Part shown: positions 33,671 through 42,182 of the stretch, piece by piece
Numbering within the stretch: position 1 is the first letter of the stretch
Layout: every line of letters starts with the position of its first letter
Assembly (NCBI GenBank): GCA_035601775.1
Contig: DATNNO010000085.1
Coordinates: forward strand, 190,826 to 254,825
DNA from: Terriglobales bacterium
GTDB taxonomy: Bacteria; Acidobacteriota; Terriglobia; Terriglobales; Acidobacteriaceae
Reading direction: 5' to 3'
Length of the DNA stretch: 64,000 nucleotides
Made by a program: the position numbers and the translations under genes
The notes under the pieces: model-generated
Seen by the model: only the letters and a program-made list of their open reading frames with translations
What the model was told of the DNA's origin: nothing
Databases searched by the model: none

Positions 33671-34167
33671 TGCCGCTGACCCCTGCCATTACCGATCTTG
33701 AAGCGCTGAAGGAGCACCCTGCGGTGGCTAGATTGCGGTCGTGGAACTCGGCGGCGGTCGAGGGAGCGAAGTTTGACCGCGAGGAGATGACGATCCACAT
33801 CGAACGCTCTTGCATCCGCGAGGCTTGCGTCATTCTGCGGGACGATCCGACCTATCCTTTTAATTATCTTTCCGATGTGACTTGCGTGGATTGGTATCCC
33901 TCGCAGCCGCGCTTCGAGGTGGTTTACCAGTTGCTGTCGATCCCCAAGAAGGAACGAGTGCGGCTGAAGGTGCGTTTGGGGGCCGATAGCCCGGTGGTGG
34001 AATCGGTGACTTCGGTTTGGCCGGCGGCGAATTACTTCGAGCGAGAGGTTTTCGATTTGTTTGGCATCCGGTTTACCGGGCATCCTTATTTGCGGCGTAT
34101 TCAGATGCCGGAAGATTGGGAAGGGCATCCGCTGCGGAAAGACTATCCAGTGGAGGGCTATCGCTAG
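33670..34167 (+). CDS. nuoC: NADH-quinone oxidoreductase subunit C
   Basis: Its ATG overlaps the nuoA stop (TGATG at 33668-33672). WPAANYFEREVFDLFGIRFTGHPYLRRIQMPEDWEGHPLRKDYP. Confidence 0.92.
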   Translation: MPLTPAITDLEALKEHPAVARLRSWNSAAVEGAKFDREEMTIHIERSCIREACVILRDDPTYPFNYLSDVTCVDWYPSQPRFEVVYQLLSIPKKERVRLKVRLGADSPVVESVTSVWPAANYFEREVFDLFGIRFTGHPYLRRIQMPEDWEGHPLRKDYPVEGYR

Positions 34168-34175
34168 ACTTCGTT

Positions 34176-35381
34176 ATGGCGCACATGACATCCACGCCCG
34201 CGCTCGAACCCGGCCAGGATCGGACGATGATCCTGAACATGGGTCCGCAGCATCCGTCCACGCACGGGGTGTTGCGGCTGATTCTGGAAATCGATGGCGA
34301 AACCGTGGTGCGGCTTATGCCCGATATTGGGTATCTGCACACCGGGATCGAGAAGACTTGCGAAGCCAAGTTCTACCAGCAAGTGGTGCCGCTTACCGAC
34401 CGCATCGACTACCTCTGCCCGATGACCAACAATCTTTGTTATGCGTTGGCGGTCGAGAAACTGCTGGGGCTGGAGATCCCTCCTAAGGCGCAATGGCTGC
34501 GCGTGATGCTGAACGAATTGACGCGCATCAACTCGCACCTGGTGTGGCTGGGGACTCATGCCATGGATATTGGCGCGCTTACCGTTTTTCTTTACTGCTT
34601 CCGCGAGCGTGAGGATATTTTGCGTTTGTTCGAGGCGGTCAGCGGCCAGCGCATGATGACTTCTTATTTCCGCATCGGCGGCGTGGCACTGGAACCGCCG
34701 ATGGGATTCTTTGACCGTGTGCGGGACTTCGCCAACCGCTTCCCTGCCAAGGTGGATGAGTACGAAAACCTGCTGACGGGGAATCCTATCTGGGTGATGC
34801 GGACGAAAGGCGTGGCGCGGATTACGGCGGAAGATGCTATCGCACTGGGCGCAAGCGGACCTACGCTGCGTGGAAGTGGCGTCGACTTCGATCTGCGCCG
34901 GGACATGCCTTACTCCGGTTACGAGAACTTCAAGTTCAAAGTCCCGGTGGCACTGGAAGGCGACGTGTTCGCGCGATACATTTGCCGGGTTCAGGAGCTG
35001 CGTGAATCAATTGCCATTGTGCAGCAGGCTCTCGACGGAATGCCGGAGGGTCCGATCAAGGCGGATGCGCCGAAAGTGGTGTTGCCCGATCGGGAAAAGA
35101 TGAAGACGCAGATGGAAGCTCTCATCTATCACTTCAAGATCATCACCGAGGGCTTTGCGGTACCGGCGGGCGAGGTTTACCAGGCGGTGGAGTCGCCGCG
35201 CGGCGAAATGGGGTATTACATCGTCAGCGACGGAACGGCTAAACCGTATCGCGTGCATATGCGGGCGGCGTGCCTGGCGAATCTGCAGTTGCTGCCGAAG
35301 ATGTGCGAAGGGCGGTTGCTGGCGGATGTGGTGGCGGCGATTGGATCGATCGACATCGTGCTGGGAGAAATCGACCGGTAG
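34176..35381 (+). CDS. nuoD: NADH-quinone oxidoreductase subunit D
   Basis: ATG at 34176 follows the nuoC stop. MILNMGPQHPSTHGVLRL ... ESPRGEMGYYIVSDG ... DIVLGEIDR*. Confidence 0.93.
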   Translation: MAHMTSTPALEPGQDRTMILNMGPQHPSTHGVLRLILEIDGETVVRLMPDIGYLHTGIEKTCEAKFYQQVVPLTDRIDYLCPMTNNLCYALAVEKLLGLEIPPKAQWLRVMLNELTRINSHLVWLGTHAMDIGALTVFLYCFREREDILRLFEAVSGQRMMTSYFRIGGVALEPPMGFFDRVRDFANRFPAKVDEYENLLTGNPIWVMRTKGVARITAEDAIALGASGPTLRGSGVDFDLRRDMPYSGYENFKFKVPVALEGDVFARYICRVQELRESIAIVQQALDGMPEGPIKADAPKVVLPDREKMKTQMEALIYHFKIITEGFAVPAGEVYQAVESPRGEMGYYIVSDGTAKPYRVHMRAACLANLQLLPKMCEGRLLADVVAAIGSIDIVLGEIDR

Positions 35382-35383
35382 AA

Positions 35384-35423
35384 ATTGAGTAATTTGGGAA
35401 TTGGGTAATCGGGTAATTGAATC
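35384..35423. repeat. Array of ~5 degenerate octamers (ATTGGGTA type, i.e. GGTAATT repeats)
   Basis: ATTGAGTA ATTTGGGA ATTGGGTA ATCGGGTA ATTGAATC, starting 3 nt after the nuoD stop. Confidence 0.8.
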
Positions 35424-35484
35424 CTGAGGTTTGCAGTGAGTTCTCCGCCCCGAGCAACTCCGGGACCGGACCAAGGCGTTTGCA

Positions 35485-35796
35485 TTGCGTGTGATTCGGC
35501 TTTTTCGATCGCTTCCGTCTAAGCCTGATGCTCAGGTCTTGGGGAAGCAGCTGCTGCGGTGTGGAACATCGGTGGCCGCAAATTATCGGTCTGTTTGCCG
35601 CTCCCGATCAAAGGCAGAGTTTATCGCTAGAATCGGAATCGTTGTGGAGGAGGCGGACGAAGCTGTCCTGTGGCTGGAATTGTTGGCAGAATCTGGCATT
35701 GTGTCGCGGGAGAAAACGAAGGAACTGCTAGTGGAAGCTCGGGAGCTGACTGCGATCTTTACGGCATCGCAAAAAACGGCTCGGAGCAATACCTAG
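35485..35796 (+). CDS. Four-helix-bundle protein (23S rRNA intervening-sequence protein family, PF05635-like) inserted between nuoD and nuoE
   Basis: LRVIRLFRSLPSKPDAQVLGKQLLRCGTSVAANYRSVCRSRSKAEFIARIGIVVEEADEAVLWLELL is typical of this family. Family-like sequence (EQLRDRTKAFA) continues upstream of the TTG at 35485 to a stop at 35437 with no canonical start. The 5-prime end may therefore be truncated or non-canonical. Confidence 0.7.
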   Translation: MRVIRLFRSLPSKPDAQVLGKQLLRCGTSVAANYRSVCRSRSKAEFIARIGIVVEEADEAVLWLELLAESGIVSREKTKELLVEARELTAIFTASQKTARSNT

Positions 35797-35809
35797 CGTT
35801 AAATTTCAC

Positions 35810-35841
35810 AATTACCAGATTACTCAATTACTCAATGGCAA
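35810..35841. repeat. Inverted-orientation octamer array (AATTACTC type)
   Basis: AATTACCA GATTACTC AATTACTC AATGGCAA, ending 1 nt before the nuoE ATG. It is the reverse complement of the 35384-35423 array units. Confidence 0.8.
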
Positions 35842-35842
35842 C

Positions 35843-36328
35843 ATGAAGTTTTCTGATCAATTCGAATCGCGCTTTTCGGAGATGCTGACGCATTATCCGA
35901 CGAAGCGGTCTGTGCTGGTGCCGACGCTGCTTTATGCGCAGGATGAGGTCGGGTATCTGAACCATCACGTCATTCATGAGATTGCGCAGCGGTTGGATTT
36001 GACGGACCTCGAGGTGAGCAACGTGATCAGCTACTACTCCATGCTGACGACCAAACCTCGGGGCAAATTCAATGTGCAGGTTTGCACCAACATTGCGTGC
36101 ATGCTGCGCGGGGGCGAAGAGATTCTCGATCACTGTGAGAAGAAGTTGGGCATCGGGCACAAAGGGACCACGCCGGACGGTATGTTCTCGCTCGAGGAAG
36201 TGGAGTGCATCGGGGCTTGCAGCTGGGCTCCGGCGGTGCAAGTAAATTATGACTTCCATGAGAACTTGACCGTGGAGAAGATGGACAAGGTCCTGGACGA
36301 GTATAAGAAGAATCGAGCAATTGGGTAA
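35843..36328 (+). CDS. nuoE: NADH-quinone oxidoreductase subunit E (2Fe-2S)
   Basis: VQVCTNIACMLRGGEEI ... EVECIGACSWAPAVQVN (four Cys of the 2Fe-2S site). Confidence 0.92.
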   Translation: MKFSDQFESRFSEMLTHYPTKRSVLVPTLLYAQDEVGYLNHHVIHEIAQRLDLTDLEVSNVISYYSMLTTKPRGKFNVQVCTNIACMLRGGEEILDHCEKKLGIGHKGTTPDGMFSLEEVECIGACSWAPAVQVNYDFHENLTVEKMDKVLDEYKKNRAIG

Positions 36329-36386
36329 TTTTGCAATTGCCGGAAGAATTACCCGATTACTCAATTACTCAATTACTCAATTACAA
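36311..36386. repeat. Cargo-less inverted octamer element at the nuoE-nuoF junction
   Basis: AATCGAGCAATTGGGTAATT (36311-36330, including the nuoE stop) is 17/20 complementary to AATTACCCGATTACTCAATT (36347-36366). The array continues AATTACTC AATTACTC AATTACAA up to the nuoF ATG. A central GCAATTGC palindrome is present. Confidence 0.75.
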
Positions 36387-36387
36387 A

Positions 36388-37713
36388 ATGATTTTGGTTT
36401 CCCATCCCGACGAAGTAAAAGTCGTCTCCAAACGCTTCGGGAAAGGTGCGACCGATATTGATCGCTACTTGGAGCTCGACGGCTACAAAGCTGTCCAGAA
36501 AGCGCTGGGGATGCAGCCGGATGCGATTGTCAACCTGGTGAAGGATTCCGGCCTGCGCGGGCGCGGCGGGGCTGGATTCAACACCGGGATGAAATGGTCA
36601 TTCGTTCCCAAGCAGTCCTCGAAACCAAAATACATTTTGTGCAACGGCGATGAGAGCGAACCGGGCACTTGCAAAGACCGCCTGATTTTCGAGCACGACC
36701 CGCATGCGGTGATCGAAGGAGTCGTGATCGCCGGAATTGCCACGGGCTCGCATGCCGGATACATCTATGTTCGCGGCGAGTACCGATATCTTTTGGAGAT
36801 CATGCAGAAGGCGATCAAAGACGCCTATGCGCGGGGATTCCTGGGCAAGAACATTTTCGACAGTGGCTACGACTTCGACGTGTATTGGCATGGCGGCGCT
36901 GGGGCTTATGAAGTAGGCGAAGAGTCGGCGCTGATGGAATCGCTCGAGGGCAAGCGCGGGATTCCACGAATCCGGCCTCCCTTCCCGGCCGTAGTCGGGC
37001 TATGGGGCGGGCCAACTGTCATTAATAACGCGGAGACGCTCGCCAGCGTGCCGCATATCATCCTAGGCGGCGCGGAATGGTTTGCCAAGCTGGGGCCGCC
37101 CAAGAATGGCGGGACCCGCCTGTTCTGCCTGAGCGGGCATTTGAATCGTCCTGGGGTGTATGAGCTCCCGATGGGCTACAACCTGAAGAAGATGATCTAC
37201 GAGGTCGGCGGCGGTATTCCCAATGGGCGCGCGTTGAAAGCCGTAGTTCCGGGCGGTTCGAGCTGTCCGATTTTGACTTCTGCTGAAATCGATGTCTCCA
37301 TGGATTTTGATTCGATGGTGAAAGCGGGCTCGATGCTTGGCTCAGGAGGCTTGGTGGTCGTTGATGACACCACCTGCATGGTCAAGTTTGCCTTGCGGAT
37401 CATGAAGTTTTATCAGCACGAGAGTTGCGGGTGGTGCATCCCCTGCCGCGAAGGTACGGATTGGCTAAAGAAAACGCTTGCTCGATTTCACGCTGGTGGC
37501 GGGGTGAAGAAGGATATCGATAATATCCAATACCTCTCGGAAAACATGTTGGGACGCACGTTCTGTCCGCTGGGCGACGCGGCGGCGATGCCGACGATTT
37601 CCATCGTGAAGAAATTCCGCAAGGAGTTTGAAGAGCATTTGGAAGGCAGGCCTTGTCCGTTTGAAAAGGCTGGTGTGGTCGAGCAGTTACCGGTGATGGC
37701 GGGAACCGATTGA
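36388..37713 (+). CDS. nuoF: NADH-quinone oxidoreductase subunit F (FMN, 4Fe-4S)
   Basis: ATG at 36388. GLRGRGGAGFNTGMKW ... CNGDESEPGTCKDR ... ESCGWCIPCREGT. Confidence 0.93.
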   Translation: MILVSHPDEVKVVSKRFGKGATDIDRYLELDGYKAVQKALGMQPDAIVNLVKDSGLRGRGGAGFNTGMKWSFVPKQSSKPKYILCNGDESEPGTCKDRLIFEHDPHAVIEGVVIAGIATGSHAGYIYVRGEYRYLLEIMQKAIKDAYARGFLGKNIFDSGYDFDVYWHGGAGAYEVGEESALMESLEGKRGIPRIRPPFPAVVGLWGGPTVINNAETLASVPHIILGGAEWFAKLGPPKNGGTRLFCLSGHLNRPGVYELPMGYNLKKMIYEVGGGIPNGRALKAVVPGGSSCPILTSAEIDVSMDFDSMVKAGSMLGSGGLVVVDDTTCMVKFALRIMKFYQHESCGWCIPCREGTDWLKKTLARFHAGGGVKKDIDNIQYLSENMLGRTFCPLGDAAAMPTISIVKKFRKEFEEHLEGRPCPFEKAGVVEQLPVMAGTD

Positions 37714-37723
37714 GGAGCGAATT

Positions 37724-37804
37724 GCGTAATTTGGTAATTGTGTAATTTCGTAATTTAAAGGCAAGGTTCTTCAATAGCCCGATCACCCGATTACTCAATT
37801 ACGA
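37724..37804. repeat. Cargo-less inverted octamer element at the nuoF-nuoG junction
   Basis: Forward units GCGTAATT TGGTAATT GTGTAATT TCGTAATT (37724-37755), a 25-nt spacer, then reverse units GATCACCC GATTACTC AATTACGA (37781-37804). It ends 9 nt before the nuoG ATG. Confidence 0.75.
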
Positions 37805-37813
37805 AATGTTCTT

Positions 37814-40171
37814 ATGGCTGACGTAAACATTACGGTGGATGGCAAGAAGGTCACGGCTCCATCTGGGACGCTGCTGATTGAGGCCTGCAAGAGCGTGGGC
37901 ATCGAGGTGCCCTCATTCTGTTACTACCCAAATCTGTCGCTGCAGGGCGCTTGCCGCATGTGCCTGGTCAAAGTGGAGAAGATGCCCAAGCTGCAAACTG
38001 CGTGTACCACGGTGATCAGCGAAGGCATGGCGGTCACGACGGAGAGTGACGAGATTCGGCAGGCGCGGAAGAGCATGGTGGAATTGCTGCTGGGCAATCA
38101 TCCACTCGACTGTCCGGTGTGCGATGCGGGCGGCGAATGCGAACTGCAGGATATGACGTTCTCCTACGGTGCAGCCGAATCCAAGTACATCGACGCCAAG
38201 AATCACAAGGAAGAGCAGCAGTGGTCGCCGGTGGTCTTCTTTGACCGGCCGCGCTGCATCTTGTGCTACCGCTGCGTGCGGGTGTGTGGCGAAGGCATGG
38301 ATGTTTGGGCTCTGGGTGTGCAGAACCGCGGGGTGAGTTCGATCATTGCGCCGAATCAGGACGATCATCTGGAGTGCGAAGAATGTGGCATGTGCATCGA
38401 TATATGCCCGGTGGGCGCGCTGACTTCCGGCGCGTACCGCTACAAGACGCGTCCCTGGGAGATGAAACACGTGGGCACGACTTGCACTCACTGCGCCGAC
38501 GGCTGCAAGACCACGTTGGGCGTGCGCCGATCCGATACCGGCATGGAGATTGTACGCGGAGACAACCGCGACAAGAGCGGCATCAATGGTGATTTCCTTT
38601 GCATCAAGGGGCGCTATGCTTTCGATTTCGCGCATCACGAAGACCGGCTGACGCAGCCGTTGATCCGCAAGAACGGCCGGCTGACTCCATCAACATGGGA
38701 AGAGGCGTTTGAGCTGGTCGGAAAACGATTCGCCGAGATTCGCGAGAAAGACGGCGGACAGGCGGTAGGTGTTGTCGGCTCGAACCGCACCACCAACGAA
38801 GAAAATTATCTGCTGCAGAAGTTTGCTCGCGTGGTGCTGCAGACCAATAATATCGACCATCACCGCACTGCCGACTTCCCTGCTCTGGCCGCGGCTCTCG
38901 CAGGCAAACCAGAAGCAACGGCCAGCATGCGGGACGTATTCAATGCGCCGGCGACTCTGCTGATCGGCAACGATCCGACTGAGCAGCATCCGTTGCTGGC
39001 ATGGCAGATTCGGAACAATGTTCGGCTGCACCGGGCGCGGCTGTCTGTGATCAATTCGCAACCCATTAAGTTGCGACGGCAAGCGGCCAGCTTCGTCCAG
39101 ATCCCTGCGGGATCGGAAGGAAAAGTGGCTGCGTTTCTAGCGGGCGATGACGCGGCCGTCGACGCAATTGCCAGCGAAGCGACCAGCAGCGATGCCTGGA
39201 TCGCGTTGCGTGACAAACTCCGTGGCGAACCGAGCCTCGTCATTATTTTTGGATCGGAGATCCGGGGCAAGGACATCGCTTCGGTGGTGAAGTTCGGCTC
39301 CGGTATTGCGGGCGCCAAACTTGTCTGCCTGGGCGACTACGCCAACTCGCGCGGCGCCGCTGATATGGGGCTCTACCCTGACCTGCTTCCGGGCTATCAG
39401 CGGGTTTCGGAGACGGTTCACGAAGAGTGGGGCAGCGTGCCGCAAGCGCACGGCCTGACCTTGCCTGAGATGGTCGAAAGCGCGAAAGCTGGCAAGCTGA
39501 AGGCGTTTTATGTAGTGGGTGCGAACCCCGTCGAGCAGTTCGGCATAGATCCATTCGTCTTCGCAAATAGTTTCGTGGTGGTGCAGGACATGTTCCTGAC
39601 CGAAACGGCCGCGATTGCGGATGTGGTCTTACCTGCCGCCAATGCGTACGAGAAATCTGGAACGTTCACTAACACGTGCGGCGACTTGCAACTGGTGAAA
39701 AAGGCTGGCGAGGTCACCGGTACGAAGTCAGATTTCGAAATGATCGTCCGTATTGCCGGCGCGATGGGCTTTGACGTTCAGCGATTGGTGCCGTTTAGCC
39801 GGGGAACCGGCACGGACATGGGACAATCGCGCGGTGCGCAGTCCGGTGAAGCGGACCGGCACGGGGTATGGCTCGAGGCCCATGGACTCGAACCGAAAAT
39901 GAGCCCGTTCGATCCCATGGCGATTCTGGATGAGATCCAGCGGTTGGTGCCTGGGTACGACGTTTCCCGTATGAATATCCTGACCGGCAACGATCAGCAC
40001 ACGACTTTGTCCGGAAGCGGGCCTGGGGCATTGCACAATCCGGAGTTGATCGTACCCGCCAAGGATAATCTTTTTAGTTCGGGCACATTGGGCCGTTATT
40101 CCCGCACCTTGAATTCGGTAATTGAGAACCGTCACAAACAGCCAGCGGAGGCGGAAGTCGCCGCCGACTAG
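37814..40171 (+). CDS. nuoG: NADH-quinone oxidoreductase subunit G (long, molybdopterin-fold form)
   Basis: N-terminal 2Fe-2S/4Fe-4S motifs (CYYPNLSLQGACRMC, HPLDCPVCDAGGECELQ, CILCYRCVRVC, CEECGMCIDICPVGA) followed by an MopB-like domain. Confidence 0.92.
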   Translation: MADVNITVDGKKVTAPSGTLLIEACKSVGIEVPSFCYYPNLSLQGACRMCLVKVEKMPKLQTACTTVISEGMAVTTESDEIRQARKSMVELLLGNHPLDCPVCDAGGECELQDMTFSYGAAESKYIDAKNHKEEQQWSPVVFFDRPRCILCYRCVRVCGEGMDVWALGVQNRGVSSIIAPNQDDHLECEECGMCIDICPVGALTSGAYRYKTRPWEMKHVGTTCTHCADGCKTTLGVRRSDTGMEIVRGDNRDKSGINGDFLCIKGRYAFDFAHHEDRLTQPLIRKNGRLTPSTWEEAFELVGKRFAEIREKDGGQAVGVVGSNRTTNEENYLLQKFARVVLQTNNIDHHRTADFPALAAALAGKPEATASMRDVFNAPATLLIGNDPTEQHPLLAWQIRNNVRLHRARLSVINSQPIKLRRQAASFVQIPAGSEGKVAAFLAGDDAAVDAIASEATSSDAWIALRDKLRGEPSLVIIFGSEIRGKDIASVVKFGSGIAGAKLVCLGDYANSRGAADMGLYPDLLPGYQRVSETVHEEWGSVPQAHGLTLPEMVESAKAGKLKAFYVVGANPVEQFGIDPFVFANSFVVVQDMFLTETAAIADVVLPAANAYEKSGTFTNTCGDLQLVKKAGEVTGTKSDFEMIVRIAGAMGFDVQRLVPFSRGTGTDMGQSRGAQSGEADRHGVWLEAHGLEPKMSPFDPMAILDEIQRLVPGYDVSRMNILTGNDQHTTLSGSGPGALHNPELIVPAKDNLFSSGTLGRYSRTLNSVIENRHKQPAEAEVAAD

Positions 40172-40184
40172 ATTCTTGTTGGAC

Positions 40185-40250
40185 CGCCCTCCCGGCGGCT
40201 TGGTTTGCGGGCGAGACGCCCGCGCGCGACAGCCGGCGGGACGCCGACGC
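40185..40250. repeat. GC-rich multi-hairpin element between nuoG and nuoH
   Basis: CCGCC..GGCGG (40185-40198), GCGGGCG-AGA-CGCCCGC (40207-40223) and GCCGGCG-GGA-CGCCGAC. The direct repeat CCGGCGG occurs twice. Confidence 0.45.
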
Positions 40251-40290
40251 TTACAAATGGCTTCGGAGAGCGTCAGGGAAACTACTTCGT

Positions 40291-41331
40291 TTGAGCCTTA
40301 GCGAATTTATTCTCGTTTCCATCGTTAAGATCGTGATCGCACTCGGCGTGTTGCTCACGGCGGTCGCGTATACGGTGTGGCTGGAGCGCAAGGTTGTGGG
40401 CCACATTCAGAATCGCTGGGGACCCACGCGGGTCGGCCCGTTTGGCCTGCTGCAACCGCTGGCGGACGGGGTCAAGTTTATCTTCAAAGAGGATCTGCTA
40501 CCACCGCACGTGTACAAACCGCTGTACATTGCGGCGCCGATGATCGCGTTGATTTTCGCGCTGACCTCGATCTCAGTCATTCCCATCGGGAACTGGATTA
40601 CGGTGTTCGGAATCCACACACCCCTGGAGATCACCGACGTCAACATCGGGTTGCTGATCGTGCTGGGCATCACTTCGCTGGGTGTGTACGGCGTCGCGCT
40701 GGCGGGATGGTCTTCGAACAGCAAGTATTCGCTGCTGGGTGGATTGCGCGCCAGCGCCCAGATGGTGAGTTATGAGATCTCACTGGGCCTTTCGCTGGTG
40801 GGTGTGCTGATTCTGGCCGGCAGTTTCAGTCTGCGGGAGATCGTCGATGCGCAGGCGGGAACGTTTTGGGGGTTTATCCCGCGCTGGAATATTTTCCAGG
40901 GACAGATCGTCGCGTTTTTTATTTATCTGATGGCGGCGTACGCGGAAACCAACCGAATTCCGTTTGACCTGCCGGAGGCGGAGACCGAACTGGTGGCCGG
41001 CTATCACACCGAGTACAGTGCCATGAAGTTCGCCATGTTCTTCATGGCGGAATACGCAAACATGATCACGGTGGCGTGCCTGGCAACTTTGTTGTTTCTA
41101 GGCGGATGGCATGGGCCCCATCGGTTCGGGCCGCCCATTCTGCAAGCGATCCTCCCGGTATTCTGGTTTGTGGCTAAGATATTCGCGTTTTTGTTCCTTT
41201 ATATATGGGTTCGCGGCACGTTGCCGCGCTTTCGCTATGACCAATTGATGGCGTTCGGATGGAAATTTTTGCTGCCGCTGGCCATCGCGAATTTGGTGAT
41301 TACAGCCTTGATTGTCGCTTTGAGAGCGTAG
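40291..41331 (+). CDS. nuoH: NADH-quinone oxidoreductase subunit H
   Basis: TTG start. WLERKVVGHIQNRWGPTRVGPFGLLQPLADGVKF ... PFDLPEAETELVAGYHTEYS. Confidence 0.92.
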   Translation: MSLSEFILVSIVKIVIALGVLLTAVAYTVWLERKVVGHIQNRWGPTRVGPFGLLQPLADGVKFIFKEDLLPPHVYKPLYIAAPMIALIFALTSISVIPIGNWITVFGIHTPLEITDVNIGLLIVLGITSLGVYGVALAGWSSNSKYSLLGGLRASAQMVSYEISLGLSLVGVLILAGSFSLREIVDAQAGTFWGFIPRWNIFQGQIVAFFIYLMAAYAETNRIPFDLPEAETELVAGYHTEYSAMKFAMFFMAEYANMITVACLATLLFLGGWHGPHRFGPPILQAILPVFWFVAKIFAFLFLYIWVRGTLPRFRYDQLMAFGWKFLLPLAIANLVITALIVALRA

Positions 41332-41343
41332 CGCAAAAACAAG

Positions 41344-41880
41344 ATGCTTCATCTGATCGTATTTTCGGTGTTTGGGTTGGTGTGCGTTGCCGGCGCGGTA
41401 AATCTGCTGGTGCAGCGGCATCCGATCAACAGCGCGCTGTCGCTGGTCGTGGTGATGGGCTCGCTCGCGGTGGAATATCTGCTTTTGGGCGCGGAGTTTG
41501 TGGCGGCTGTGCAGGTGATTGTCTATGCCGGGGCAATCATGGTGCTATTTGTCTTCGTCATCATGCTCTTGAACGCTGGTGAGGAGGAGCGAACCAAAGG
41601 CAGCCGGGTCGCGATGCTGTTTGGAATCCCGGGTATGCTGATTGGCAGCGTGCTCGTGGCCTGGGTTCTACTCGAACACTCGGGCACGGGAAACGTAGCG
41701 GTTGGTGCGCTTCCCGGACCTCCGAAAGTAATCGGATGGCTGCTCTTCCACGATTTCCTGCTACCGTTTGAAGTGACGTCGGTGCTGGTGTTGATCGCGA
41801 TTATGGGCGCAGTCGTCCTGGCCAGCCATCCTGGGTCAGCGCAGCAAGGGTCCACACAGCAAGACAAGAGGGAGGGTTGA
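41344..41880 (+). CDS. nuoJ: NADH-quinone oxidoreductase subunit J
   Basis: Starts 12 nt after the nuoH stop. [28 protein letters not shown]. Confidence 0.9.
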   Translation: MLHLIVFSVFGLVCVAGAVNLLVQRHPINSALSLVVVMGSLAVEYLLLGAEFVAAVQVIVYAGAIMVLFVFVIMLLNAGEEERTKGSRVAMLFGIPGMLIGSVLVAWVLLEHSGTGNVAVGALPGPPKVIGWLLFHDFLLPFEVTSVLVLIAIMGAVVLASHPGSAQQGSTQQDKREG

Positions 41881-42182
41881 TGGTACCGCTTTCGTATTAC
41901 CTGGTCCTAAGCGGCATTCTGTTTGCCTGCGGCGTAACCGGGTTTCTGATAAAGCGCAACATCATCACCATCTTTATGTCGATTGAGCTGATGCTCAACG
42001 GGGTGAATTTGTCTTTCGTCGCATTCGCGGCGCAGTGGCACGCACTCAGCGGACAAGTTTTTGTGTTCTTTGTGATGGTGGTGGCAGCGGCAGAATCGGC
42101 GGTGGGACTGGCCATCATCATTGCTGTGTACCGCACGCGCGAGACTCTGAATGTGGATCGGGTGAACCTGCTCAAACTATGA
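41880..42182 (+). CDS. nuoK: NADH-quinone oxidoreductase subunit K
   Basis: ATG at 41880 overlaps the nuoJ stop (TGATG) and has a [27 protein letters not shown] ... [17 protein letters not shown]. Confidence 0.9.
   Translation: MVPLSYYLVLSGILFACGVTGFLIKRNIITIFMSIELMLNGVNLSFVAFAAQWHALSGQVFVFFVMVVAAAESAVGLAIIIAVYRTRETLNVDRVNLLKL

Noticed and set aside
34017-34175. 5-prime extensions of track ORFs into upstream genes: nuoD from 34017, nuoF from 36331, nuoL from 42035, nuoA from 33200, the dihaem cytochrome from 21055, the Cyc2-like gene from 22442, thiS from 32447, and the methyltransferase from 12878.
   Set aside because: The extended N-termini overlap the preceding genes or repeat elements and look non-protein-like. 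Internal ATG or GTG codons give family-typical N-termini, stop-start coupling or good SD sequences.
35384-37804. Possibility that the short repeat arrays in the nuo operon are a CRISPR array.
   Set aside because: The units are 8 bp and contiguous with no spacers, they occur in inverted orientation pairs, and no cas genes are present. This is inconsistent with CRISPR architecture.
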